Source: a virus
Taxonomy: Duplodnaviria > Heunggongvirae > Uroviricota > Caudoviricetes
DNA length: 64,000 bases
Virus record (IMG/VR): IMGVR_UViG_3300032257_000005
Span: 1-64,000 of that record
Reading direction: 5' to 3' (one strand)
Part shown: in pieces, positions 26,747-34,257 of the stretch
How the letters are laid out: the number at the start of each line of letters is the position of its first letter
Position numbering within the stretch: the stretch's first letter is position 1
Position numbers and translations under genes: made by a program
Notes under the pieces: model-generated
The model's input: the letters and a program-made list of their open reading frames with translations, nothing else
What the model was told of the DNA's origin: nothing
The model's database searches: none

Positions 26747-28015
26747 ATGCAATGGAAAAATAAAATAGTTGGTTACGGTGAAGATGCACCTGAAAACTTA
26801 TTGGCTAATCCTCAGAATTATAGATTGCATCCAAAGTACCAACAGGATGTACTAAAGGAGCAAATAGAAAAAGGCGGTATTATCGCACCTGTTATTGTCA
26901 ATAAACGCACAGGATTTATGATAGATGGTCACTTGCGAGTAACATTAGCTATTAGAGAAAATCAAAATACAATACCTATTGCTTATGTTGATCTATCTGA
27001 AGAAGATGAAAAGTTAATGCTTGCTACTTACGATGCTATAACTTATTTAGCAACAATAGAAGAAGATACGCGTAATACATTAGCGCAGGAAGTCGAAGAG
27101 CAGAAAGAAAATCTAGAAAAGTTATTAGATGAAATGCGTTTTGATCCACCTGCTGAAGATAATGAAGGTGAAGATGATGTACCAGAGGTTGAAGAAACTG
27201 CTATAAGTGTATTAGGCGATGTATGGATATTAGGAAATCATCGGTTAATGTGTGGTGACAGCACCAGTATAGATGCGGTTGAAAAGCTTATGGATGGACA
27301 GAAAGCCGATATGGTTTTTACAGATCCGCCTTATAACGTAAATTTTAAAGGTCAAGAATTAAGTAATACGACAAAAAATGGAAAAAAAATACTTCACCAT
27401 GAAGGTGCTAATACAAATCATGATAATATAAAAAATGATTGCATGGATGATAATTTATTTATTGAGTTTATAACATTATCATTAAATAATTTATCTAAAG
27501 TAAATAAAGGCGCATGGTATTTTTGTTTTGTTGATTTAAAGTTAGATTTAATTTTAGTGCCATTAAAGGAAACAGGTTTTTCTTGGAAATCAATAATTAT
27601 ATGGAAAAAAAATCAAGCTACTTTATCAGGCAAAGATTATAAAAGCAGATATGAGCCAATAGTGTATGGATGTCCTAGTAATTGCTTTTTTGGTGAAAGA
27701 TATAAACAGGAGGATATATGGGAGTTTACCCGAACACTTAAAAATGATTTGCATCCAACAATGAAGCCGATTCCGCTTATAGAAAATGCAATAAACAATT
27801 CATCTAAAGAAGAAATGAATGTAATAGATGTATTTGGCGGTTCAGGCTCTACTTTAATAGCTTGCGAGAAAACAAAACGTAATTGTTACATGATGGAACT
27901 AGACCCTAAATACATAGACGTAATAATTAAACGTTGGCAGGACTTCACAGGAAAACAAGCTACTCTTGAGAATACAGATAAAACATTTAAAGATATAGAA
28001 ACAGAACGATTATAA
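26747..28015 (+). CDS. ParB-like nuclease domain fused to a DNA (N6-adenine/N4-cytosine) methyltransferase
   Basis: N-terminal ...HPKYQQDVLKEQIEKGGIIAPVIVNKRTGFMIDGHLRVTLA... is a ParB-N/Srx fold. C-terminal ...MVFTDPPYNV... (motif IV DPPY) and ...DVFGGSGSTLIACEKTKRNCYMMELDPKY... (motif I) indicate a beta-class amino-methyltransferase. Confidence 0.7.
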   Translation: MQWKNKIVGYGEDAPENLLANPQNYRLHPKYQQDVLKEQIEKGGIIAPVIVNKRTGFMIDGHLRVTLAIRENQNTIPIAYVDLSEEDEKLMLATYDAITYLATIEEDTRNTLAQEVEEQKENLEKLLDEMRFDPPAEDNEGEDDVPEVEETAISVLGDVWILGNHRLMCGDSTSIDAVEKLMDGQKADMVFTDPPYNVNFKGQELSNTTKNGKKILHHEGANTNHDNIKNDCMDDNLFIEFITLSLNNLSKVNKGAWYFCFVDLKLDLILVPLKETGFSWKSIIIWKKNQATLSGKDYKSRYEPIVYGCPSNCFFGERYKQEDIWEFTRTLKNDLHPTMKPIPLIENAINNSSKEEMNVIDVFGGSGSTLIACEKTKRNCYMMELDPKYIDVIIKRWQDFTGKQATLENTDKTFKDIETERL

Positions 28016-28057
28016 TATGCTAAAATAAGTAAGTATCCATTTTTAACGGGGTTAGGA

Positions 28058-28453
28058 ATGAAAAAAGAATTACATTTAACAAAAAAAGATTTTCGTATTG
28101 AATGGTTTTCCGGTCAAGGTGCTGGTGGTCAGCATAGAAATAAACATCAGAACTGTTGTCGTATAATTCATAAAGAAACGGGATTAAAAGCACAAGGCAC
28201 TGAATCTAGAGAAAGACAATCAAATCAAAGAACAGCATTTACCAGACTTGCTAAATTAGTTATTGCTCATTATTACGCTGAAGATGAAAAAATAAGAATA
28301 AAAGCAGATGAAGTAATAAGGAATTATCACGGCGTTAGAAATGAAGTACATGATAAGGCTAGTGGGTTAAAATTATCATATAAAGATATTGTAGAAAACG
28401 GCAATATTGGAAAGATGATTGAAGCAAGACGTAAAATAATGGGATGCGAATAA
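28058..28453 (+). CDS. GGQ-motif peptidyl-tRNA hydrolase, ArfB/PrfH-like (release-factor catalytic domain only)
   Basis: ...FSGQGAGGQHRNKHQNCCRIIHKETGLKAQGTESRERQSNQRTAFTRLAKLV... matches the RF-1/ArfB GGQ-domain consensus (G-x-GGQHVNK...RSQ..NR..A...L). At 131 aa it has no codon-recognition domains. Confidence 0.65.
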   Translation: MKKELHLTKKDFRIEWFSGQGAGGQHRNKHQNCCRIIHKETGLKAQGTESRERQSNQRTAFTRLAKLVIAHYYAEDEKIRIKADEVIRNYHGVRNEVHDKASGLKLSYKDIVENGNIGKMIEARRKIMGCE

Positions 28454-28684
28454 ATGTCAGACGATAAAGATAATGTAGTTATGTTGAATGGATACACACG
28501 TTTAGATATTCCTGCTAATCGAGTATTAGAAGGTGCTAAAGATCAATTAAAAGATTGCATAATAATCGGATGGGATAAAGAAGATAAACTATACATAGCA
28601 AGCAGTACAGCTAAGACGGGTGATCTTATGGTATTAGTAAAATTAGCTGAAGATGATTTATTAAGTTATATGCGTGGGGATTAA
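28454..28684 (+). CDS. hypothetical protein
   Basis: ORF only. Confidence 0.3.
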   Translation: MSDDKDNVVMLNGYTRLDIPANRVLEGAKDQLKDCIIIGWDKEDKLYIASSTAKTGDLMVLVKLAEDDLLSYMRGD

Positions 28685-28883
28685 TATGATTAAGAAACCA
28701 GAATATTTAACCGATTGGAATTTCAGTGATACCGTAACTATTCCTGATGGTTATAATCTAAATAATGTGCCAGACATGACAAGGGATAATTTCAATACTC
28801 TTATTGAGGAACATAATAATCTAGTTACTGTTGTTAATCTATTATGTGAAAAGGCAGGAGTGGAGTTCAATGAAGGAGGCTAA
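28674..28883 (+). CDS. hypothetical protein
   Basis: ORF only. Confidence 0.3.
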   Translation: MGINMIKKPEYLTDWNFSDTVTIPDGYNLNNVPDMTRDNFNTLIEEHNNLVTVVNLLCEKAGVEFNEGG

Positions 28884-28894
28884 TAAAAAAGGAC

Positions 28895-29212
28895 TTGTTA
28901 GTTATGGAGATTGATATGTCTGATGATAATATTATAGATTTAAGTAAGCACTTAAAGAAACCATTTACTAATGAATGTATATTAGAAACCGATAGGGAAT
29001 TATTGTTAAGACATATCAAAGCGCGTCAATTAGATCTTACAGAGTATTTACAAATTATTGAACAACATAAAGATGGTTATTCATTAATGAAAGATAATAT
29101 GAAAAATACATTAAACGTAAAAGCTGAAAGGTTATACTCGTTAATAATATTAGCTGAAGGTATAGATCCTGATTCAGAGGACTGGAAGGTATGGGACGTA
29201 GAAAAACACTAA
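28895..29212 (+). CDS. hypothetical protein
   Basis: ORF only. Confidence 0.3.
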   Translation: MLVMEIDMSDDNIIDLSKHLKKPFTNECILETDRELLLRHIKARQLDLTEYLQIIEQHKDGYSLMKDNMKNTLNVKAERLYSLIILAEGIDPDSEDWKVWDVEKH

Positions 29213-29685
29213 CACCTGATTTATTAAAAAAGCTGGTAAATGTAATATCGGCTGGAAATTATATAAAGGTAGCGTGTCAATACGTAGGTATAAGCGAGGC
29301 TGCATTTTACAAATGGGGTGAACGCGGAAGGGCTGAGATAGAACGTATTGAGGCTGAAGAAGAAGCTACAGGAACGCATGTACGGGACGATAACGAATAT
29401 ATATACGTTGAGTTTGTTGAGTCCATTATGGAAGCTGAGGTAGCGGCAGAGGTTGCGTGTGTAACAAATATTAGGGTAGCGGCGGGTAACGGTAACGTAC
29501 AAGCGGCTATTGCTTACTTAGAACGCAAGCATAATAAACGATGGGGCAAGAAGGATCGACACCATATCGAATTAGAACAAACTAAGAAATACGATTTTAG
29601 CAATGTACCGACAGACGAATTAGAACGTGCTGAAGCTATACTAGCATTGGGTGTTATTGAAGATGATGAACATACGGAGGGTTAG
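29191..29685 (+). CDS. terS: terminase small subunit
   Basis: MGRRKTLTPDLLKKLVNVISAGNYIKVACQYVGISEAAFYKWGERGRAE... is the characteristic TerS N-terminal HTH. It lies ~4.5 kb upstream of TerL. Confidence 0.6.
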   Translation: MGRRKTLTPDLLKKLVNVISAGNYIKVACQYVGISEAAFYKWGERGRAEIERIEAEEEATGTHVRDDNEYIYVEFVESIMEAEVAAEVACVTNIRVAAGNGNVQAAIAYLERKHNKRWGKKDRHHIELEQTKKYDFSNVPTDELERAEAILALGVIEDDEHTEG

Positions 29686-29690
29686 TTATA

Positions 29691-30098
29691 ATGAATAAAG
29701 TATTTTTAGGTGGTACATGTAATGAAAGTAAATGGCGTGACGAATTAATATCATTATTAAATATTGAATATTTTAATCCGGTTGTAGAAGATTGGACACC
29801 AGAATGTATGCATGAAGAATTAAAACAACGTGAAATATGTGATTTTTGTTTATACGTAATTACACCTAGAATGACGGGTGTATATTCTATTGCTGAAGTT
29901 ATTGACGATAGTAATAAGAGGCCAGATAAGACGGTATTTTGTGTATTGGAATCAGATGTGAACGCATTTAGTTTTTCATCGGCGCAATTAAAAAGTTTAA
30001 ATCAAGTAGGACGAATGGTAGTTAGTAACGGCGGTTATTTTGCTGAAGATATGCAAGATGTTGCTAATTATTTAAACTATGCATCAGATAGAAATTAA
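29691..30098 (+). CDS. nucleoside 2-deoxyribosyltransferase-like protein (putative)
   Basis: MNKVFLGGTCNESKWRDELI...NPVVEDW... resembles the N-terminal signature of the Nuc_deoxyrib_tr-fold phage proteins. Confidence 0.3.
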   Translation: MNKVFLGGTCNESKWRDELISLLNIEYFNPVVEDWTPECMHEELKQREICDFCLYVITPRMTGVYSIAEVIDDSNKRPDKTVFCVLESDVNAFSFSSAQLKSLNQVGRMVVSNGGYFAEDMQDVANYLNYASDRN

Positions 30099-30119
30099 TT
30101 AAACAATGAGGAAATTATT

Positions 30120-30368
30120 ATGGAAGTAGGGGATAAGGTAGAGTTATATATAGATGTAGATGATGAATGTAATTCAGTATTAGGCGAAGGCGAAATAGTT
30201 GCTGTTACAGATAGGCTGTATAAAGTTTTGGTGTTAGGTAGTTATTTTAAGTTCAGCAAGAAAACATTAAAAGAAAATAGAGGCGGTAAGCATTTTATTA
30301 AGCCTATTGAAAAACCTGTTGAGCAATCCAATATATTTGTAAGATGGTTTAAAAAGTTATTCAGTTAA
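30120..30368 (+). CDS. hypothetical protein
   Basis: ORF only. Confidence 0.3.
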   Translation: MEVGDKVELYIDVDDECNSVLGEGEIVAVTDRLYKVLVLGSYFKFSKKTLKENRGGKHFIKPIEKPVEQSNIFVRWFKKLFS

Positions 30369-30544
30369 TCCCTGATCATACCGCTTAAAGAACGGTTGCT
30401 ACCCACACTTTGCCGGTAGTGTGATGATCGAGAATCCGGTATTCAATTATGGTGATCAGTTATCACAAAGCCGTCCATAAAAAACTACTTGCTAGACGGT
30501 GTAAGTAGGTGGTAACTGGTCGCCGCCATTTAAGGAGAATCGGA

Positions 30545-30694
30545 ATGTTAACAATAGAACAAATAAAAGAAGCACAACAAACGCTTAATCACCAACCCGT
30601 ATCAACAGAGGATAGGCAAATACAACCATTAAGTGATGAAGATGAAAAGCAGTTACTTGATGAAATGATGAAATTACAAGAGGAAATGTATTAA
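30545..30694 (+). CDS. hypothetical small acidic protein (start MLTIEQIKE)
   Basis: ORF only. Confidence 0.25.
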   Translation: MLTIEQIKEAQQTLNHQPVSTEDRQIQPLSDEDEKQLLDEMMKLQEEMY

Positions 30695-30715
30695 CTATAA
30701 GAAGGTTTTATATTA

Positions 30716-30880
30716 TGCCAAAATTAATAGATTTGAAAGGACAAGTTTTTAGTAGGCTTACAGTTATATCTCGTGCAGAAAATAGTAAGAGTGGTCAGGT
30801 AAGATGGAATTGCATTTGTAGTTGCGGTGAAGAATCGGTTATAGATGCGTGTAATTTAAGAAGTGGATCTACAAAATCAT
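30716..30880 (+). pseudogene. truncated N-terminal fragment of an HNH/YfdM-like endonuclease (54 aa, GQVFSRLTVI...WNCICSCGEE then stop)
   Basis: The N-terminus matches the common start of free-standing phage HNH proteins. The frame ends after ~54 codons and is followed by AT-rich non-coding DNA. Confidence 0.3.
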
Positions 30881-31101
30881 GAAGAAAATAATAATAATAA
30901 ACGTAATAATATAAAAATAAAATTTCGTAATAAATATAGATCGTTTATGGAAATGTGCAAAATATTTAATATTGATATTAATAAAGCCAGATCGAGAAGG
31001 CAGAGAGGATGGGGAGTTATAAAAATATTTACAGCTTAACTGTTGCAAAAGTAATAACATTACTGTATAGTATATGATTATATAATTAATGAGAATTTAC
31101 T

Positions 31102-31296
31102 ATGACTATTTACATTTGGGTACTTGTTATATTAATGTGTTTTGAATGTTTAGGTAGAATTTCTTGGTTACAACAAGGTAGAATTTCTTGGTTACAACAA
31201 GGTATAATTCCATCAAGAACTTCCACTAATATAGCATTTGATTTAATTATTTCTTTAGTGTTTATTTTTTGGGGTTTGTTTTTAGTATTAAAATGA
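31102..31296 (+). CDS. small membrane protein with a 24-bp in-frame tandem duplication (GRISWLQQ x2)
   Basis: ORF; direct repeat at 31157-31204. Confidence 0.3.
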   Translation: MTIYIWVLVILMCFECLGRISWLQQGRISWLQQGIIPSRTSTNIAFDLIISLVFIFWGLFLVLK

Positions 31297-31420
31297 GTAA
31301 GCAGTCTGATTATGACAAACGACAGGTATCTGAAGGTAATGTAAAAGTATGTCTTTGGATACCTGTTAAGAAGCGTAAGAAATTAATAGAATATGCCAAT
31401 AAGTTGAAGGGGAAATAGAA

Positions 31421-32173
31421 ATGACAAAATTACATGAGTTATTAGCAGTTGAAGGGGATCTTGAAGGTGTGTCTAAAAAGATCATTGATGAAGCGAATAA
31501 GACGTTTAAAGATAAGCCAGCGCATTTTTTAGGTGCTACTAAGCATTGGGATATGTTTGATGAAGTTGATCAATTAAATGCACCTACTGATGAACATCAG
31601 AAAATGGTTACTACTGTTAATCAAAAACTTGAATTTGTTTCAAAAAAGGTTGGCAAGTATTATGATGCTGTATTACAGAAAGAATCAACTAATCAACTAG
31701 CAAAATCAGATTTAATTGTTGATGGTGATATTTTGGCTAAAGATGTACCCGCTACTTTTTTATTAGGTATGGAAAAGCGATTAAAAGAATTGCGTAATAT
31801 GATGGATTCAATGCCAACATTGCAAGCAGGTAAAGCATGGGAACGTGACGATTCAACTAATACGTATAAAATGGTTCATCCTGATGTACGTTTTAAAACA
31901 GCTAAAACATTTCAGCATAAAGTTTTATATGATGCAACACCTGAACATCCTGCACAAATTGAACGATGGGAAGAAACAAAGAATGTAGGTAAATCAGTTC
32001 AAGACGTATGGTCAGGTATGCTATCAGTAAAAGAAAAGGCTGATATGATGGAACGAGTTGATAATTTAATGCGAGGTGTTAAGAAAGCACGTATGCGAGC
32101 TAATAATGTAGAAGCGGTTAAAAGTTCTATTGGTAGTAAGATGTTTCAATATATTATTAAAGGAAAGATTTAA
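31421..32173 (+). CDS. hypothetical protein (250 aa)
   Basis: ORF behind the duplicated leader TATGCCAATAAGTTGAAGGGGAAATAGAAATG. Confidence 0.4.
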   Translation: MTKLHELLAVEGDLEGVSKKIIDEANKTFKDKPAHFLGATKHWDMFDEVDQLNAPTDEHQKMVTTVNQKLEFVSKKVGKYYDAVLQKESTNQLAKSDLIVDGDILAKDVPATFLLGMEKRLKELRNMMDSMPTLQAGKAWERDDSTNTYKMVHPDVRFKTAKTFQHKVLYDATPEHPAQIERWEETKNVGKSVQDVWSGMLSVKEKADMMERVDNLMRGVKKARMRANNVEAVKSSIGSKMFQYIIKGKI

Positions 32174-32284
32174 AATTTTTATGGTAGCTTGAAATTTAGC
32201 TTTGTTGTTACTGAACTGAATCGACCACCATTTACACGGAAACTGATTCACAGATAAGCATTAGTTTTTTACCATAATAGATTT

Positions 32285-32357
32285 AAGCGAAAAAATAGTA
32301 AGACGGTTTCAGGTATTTTGATTAGAGGCGCGGGTTCGAATCCCGCTGATCACGCCA
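32285..32357 (+). ncRNA. tRNA-like 3' remnant (T-arm GCGGG-TTCGAAT-CCCGC + acceptor 3' strand TGATCAC + G + CCA) with no matching 5' acceptor strand
   Basis: The canonical T-loop TTCGAAT and encoded CCA end at 32357 are visible. No G-U-tolerant complement of TGATCAC occurs in the preceding 120 nt. Confidence 0.35.
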
Positions 32358-32565
32358 ATAAGTATTTATTAAGTATTTATTGGGTGATTATAGCAAAGTG
32401 GTAATGCGCTAATCACATTGATCTTAAAAAAACCTGATGAACATAATTACTTATAACGCTACTGTCAGCTATTAATTTAGCACTAGACTCATAATCTAAG
32501 ACAACGTTCCTGCTCGGTTGGCAATACCGGGCGGGGACTCTTTATTAATAACAAAAGAGTGAACT

Positions 32566-32913
32566 ATGAAAATTGATAATTTTTGTGATCCTAATAAACA
32601 AATGTCCCGATTAGGTAAGCATGAATGGGCCGTATCAAGACTTATTACGCTATCTAAAGATTTAAAAGTAATGAGTATACCGATAAACCATCTTAATATT
32701 TATTATATATATGAAAATTTAACATTAAGAGAAATGATAGGTCATATGAAATCAGTTTTAGATGCAGATTTAAAACATCCTATAATTTTAGATGAAGATG
32801 GGGAGGTTATGGATGGTCGGCATAGGATAATGAAGGCTATTATTGAAGGTAAAAAAATCATTAAGGCAGTCAGATTTGAAGAAAATCCATCGCCATGTAA
32901 GTTAATTGAATAA
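32566..32913 (+). CDS. ParB-like nuclease-domain protein (stand-alone)
   Basis: ...HPIILDEDGEVMDGRHRIMKAIIEGKK... (DGRHR motif). Confidence 0.45.
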   Translation: MKIDNFCDPNKQMSRLGKHEWAVSRLITLSKDLKVMSIPINHLNIYYIYENLTLREMIGHMKSVLDADLKHPIILDEDGEVMDGRHRIMKAIIEGKKIIKAVRFEENPSPCKLIE

Positions 32914-32956
32914 ATATACTTAAGTTAATTAAGTATGCTAATAAGTTGAAGGGGAA

Positions 32957-33139
32957 ATGAAAATGAGTGAAATAAAATTAAGCTTAGATGATGCAAGGCA
33001 ATTAAAAAAAGATTGCGAGAATGAAATAGATAGAATTATTAAGTCTTTTCAGGAAAGAACTAATATTGAAGTTGAAGAAATTCAGTTTAAGCATAAATCT
33101 GGAACTGGTCGATATACTGAAATTAAAGTAGATTTCTAA
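32957..33139 (+). CDS. hypothetical protein
   Basis: ORF behind the second copy of the duplicated leader. Confidence 0.3.
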   Translation: MKMSEIKLSLDDARQLKKDCENEIDRIIKSFQERTNIEVEEIQFKHKSGTGRYTEIKVDF

Positions 33140-33143
33140 TTGA

Positions 33144-33545
33144 ATGAAGATAGATTGGAAACAAGTATCTAAATGTGATGGATACAGATCTATGAAAGCT
33201 GTTGTAGCTAATGAAGCCAAGCGCAATGCTAAATGGAATCGTAAGCCTAACGAGCGGTATGCTAAAAAATTTAATTGGGCTATCAATAGAGCCAAGCATT
33301 ATGCGTATAAATTTTTAACATTAAATAATCAAATTATTCATAAAAATAGCTTAACGCTTACAATGATTATATTTTTAAATGAATGGGAAGCAAAACGTGA
33401 TTATTGTTTTCTTAATTACTATCAGGATGGTAAGTTTCCTAAATTTCATTCAAACAGTTTAAAGAATAAACGTGGTAAAACAGGTTATTTTAAAATGAAA
33501 GAAAAACCCCGATGGAATACAGTACGTAAAAAACGGGGATATTGA
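33144..33545 (+). CDS. hypothetical basic protein
   Basis: ORF only. Confidence 0.3.
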   Translation: MKIDWKQVSKCDGYRSMKAVVANEAKRNAKWNRKPNERYAKKFNWAINRAKHYAYKFLTLNNQIIHKNSLTLTMIIFLNEWEAKRDYCFLNYYQDGKFPKFHSNSLKNKRGKTGYFKMKEKPRWNTVRKKRGY

Positions 33546-33768
33546 GTCCGTAAGCAAATTGCTTGAAGGGAAAACGTAATAACCAGTAGTGAGTCAAGTC
33601 ATGGCCGTTATTGTAAGTACCAGATTAGAAGGGGAGGTTGCGTTAAACTTGAATAATATGCAAATATCCTTCTTTATGTAGACCGCATAAACCGTTTCTA
33701 TCGTTAATACCTTTGTGGCTAACGAGACATCTGTTCAATTTGCAGGGTAGGTAGAAGCACTAATTATT

Positions 33769-33867
33769 ACGGGAGTGGTGGAAATGGCAGACACGCTATA
33801 AGGTAGTGATGATAAAAGCATAGGCTGGTGCTTCATCGTGCAGGTTTGAATCCTGCCTTCCGTACCA
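33769..33867 (+). tRNA. non-canonical 99-nt tRNA-like gene (acceptor ACGGGAG/CTTCCGT with one G-U pair, T-arm GCAGG-TTTGAAT-CCTGC, discriminator A, CCA encoded); anticodon not assignable
   Basis: Acceptor and T-arm pairings are exact and a 3-bp D-stem (GTG/CAC) is possible. The body is ~10-20 nt too long for any standard class. A 5-bp stem (AAGCA/TGCTT) closes an 8-nt loop TAGGCTGG. Confidence 0.35.
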
Positions 33868-33888
33868 TACAAGCCAAGCATTTATTAA

Positions 33889-33963
33889 GTCGAGTTCATC
33901 TAACGGTTAGGATATCAGGTTTTCAACCTGAGTATGGGAGTTCAATTCTCCCACTCGACACCA
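33889..33963 (+). tRNA. tRNA-Glu (anticodon UUC)
   Basis: Clean cloverleaf: acceptor GTCGAGT/ACTCGAC, anticodon arm TCAGG-TTTTCAA-CCTGA (anticodon TTC), T-arm GGGAG-TTCAATT-CTCCC, discriminator A, CCA encoded. Confidence 0.8.
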
Positions 33964-34257
33964 TATAAGCCAAGCATTTACCTGAAGTCGCACCAGCATC
34001 GAGCTGGCCTAGGCGCGAAGGTAAAGAGGGAAGTTTCTAGAGCTTGATGGAGTTGCGACCATCCAATTTTTTAAAGGTGAAATATGATTATTTGGAACAG
34101 CACTAAGATAAAACAACGTACTTTAACGGTAAGAACTGGTTCAAGTGTTCAAGTTAAGTTTATGATAACAACTTGGTGGTTTTTATTTATTCCAATATTC
34201 AGAAATGAAAAATTAATATCAACTCAATAAAAAGTAATAACATCATGCTATGATAGA

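Noticed and set aside
32285-32357. Complete tRNA gene
   Set aside because: Only the T-arm, 3' acceptor strand and CCA are present. No sequence upstream can form the 5' acceptor strand even allowing G-U pairs. It is reported as a remnant instead.
32173-34257. Prophage attachment site / integration module suggested by tRNA fragments
   Set aside because: No integrase, excisionase or repressor-type lysogeny genes were recognised anywhere in the window. The region is flanked by lytic-type early and structural genes.
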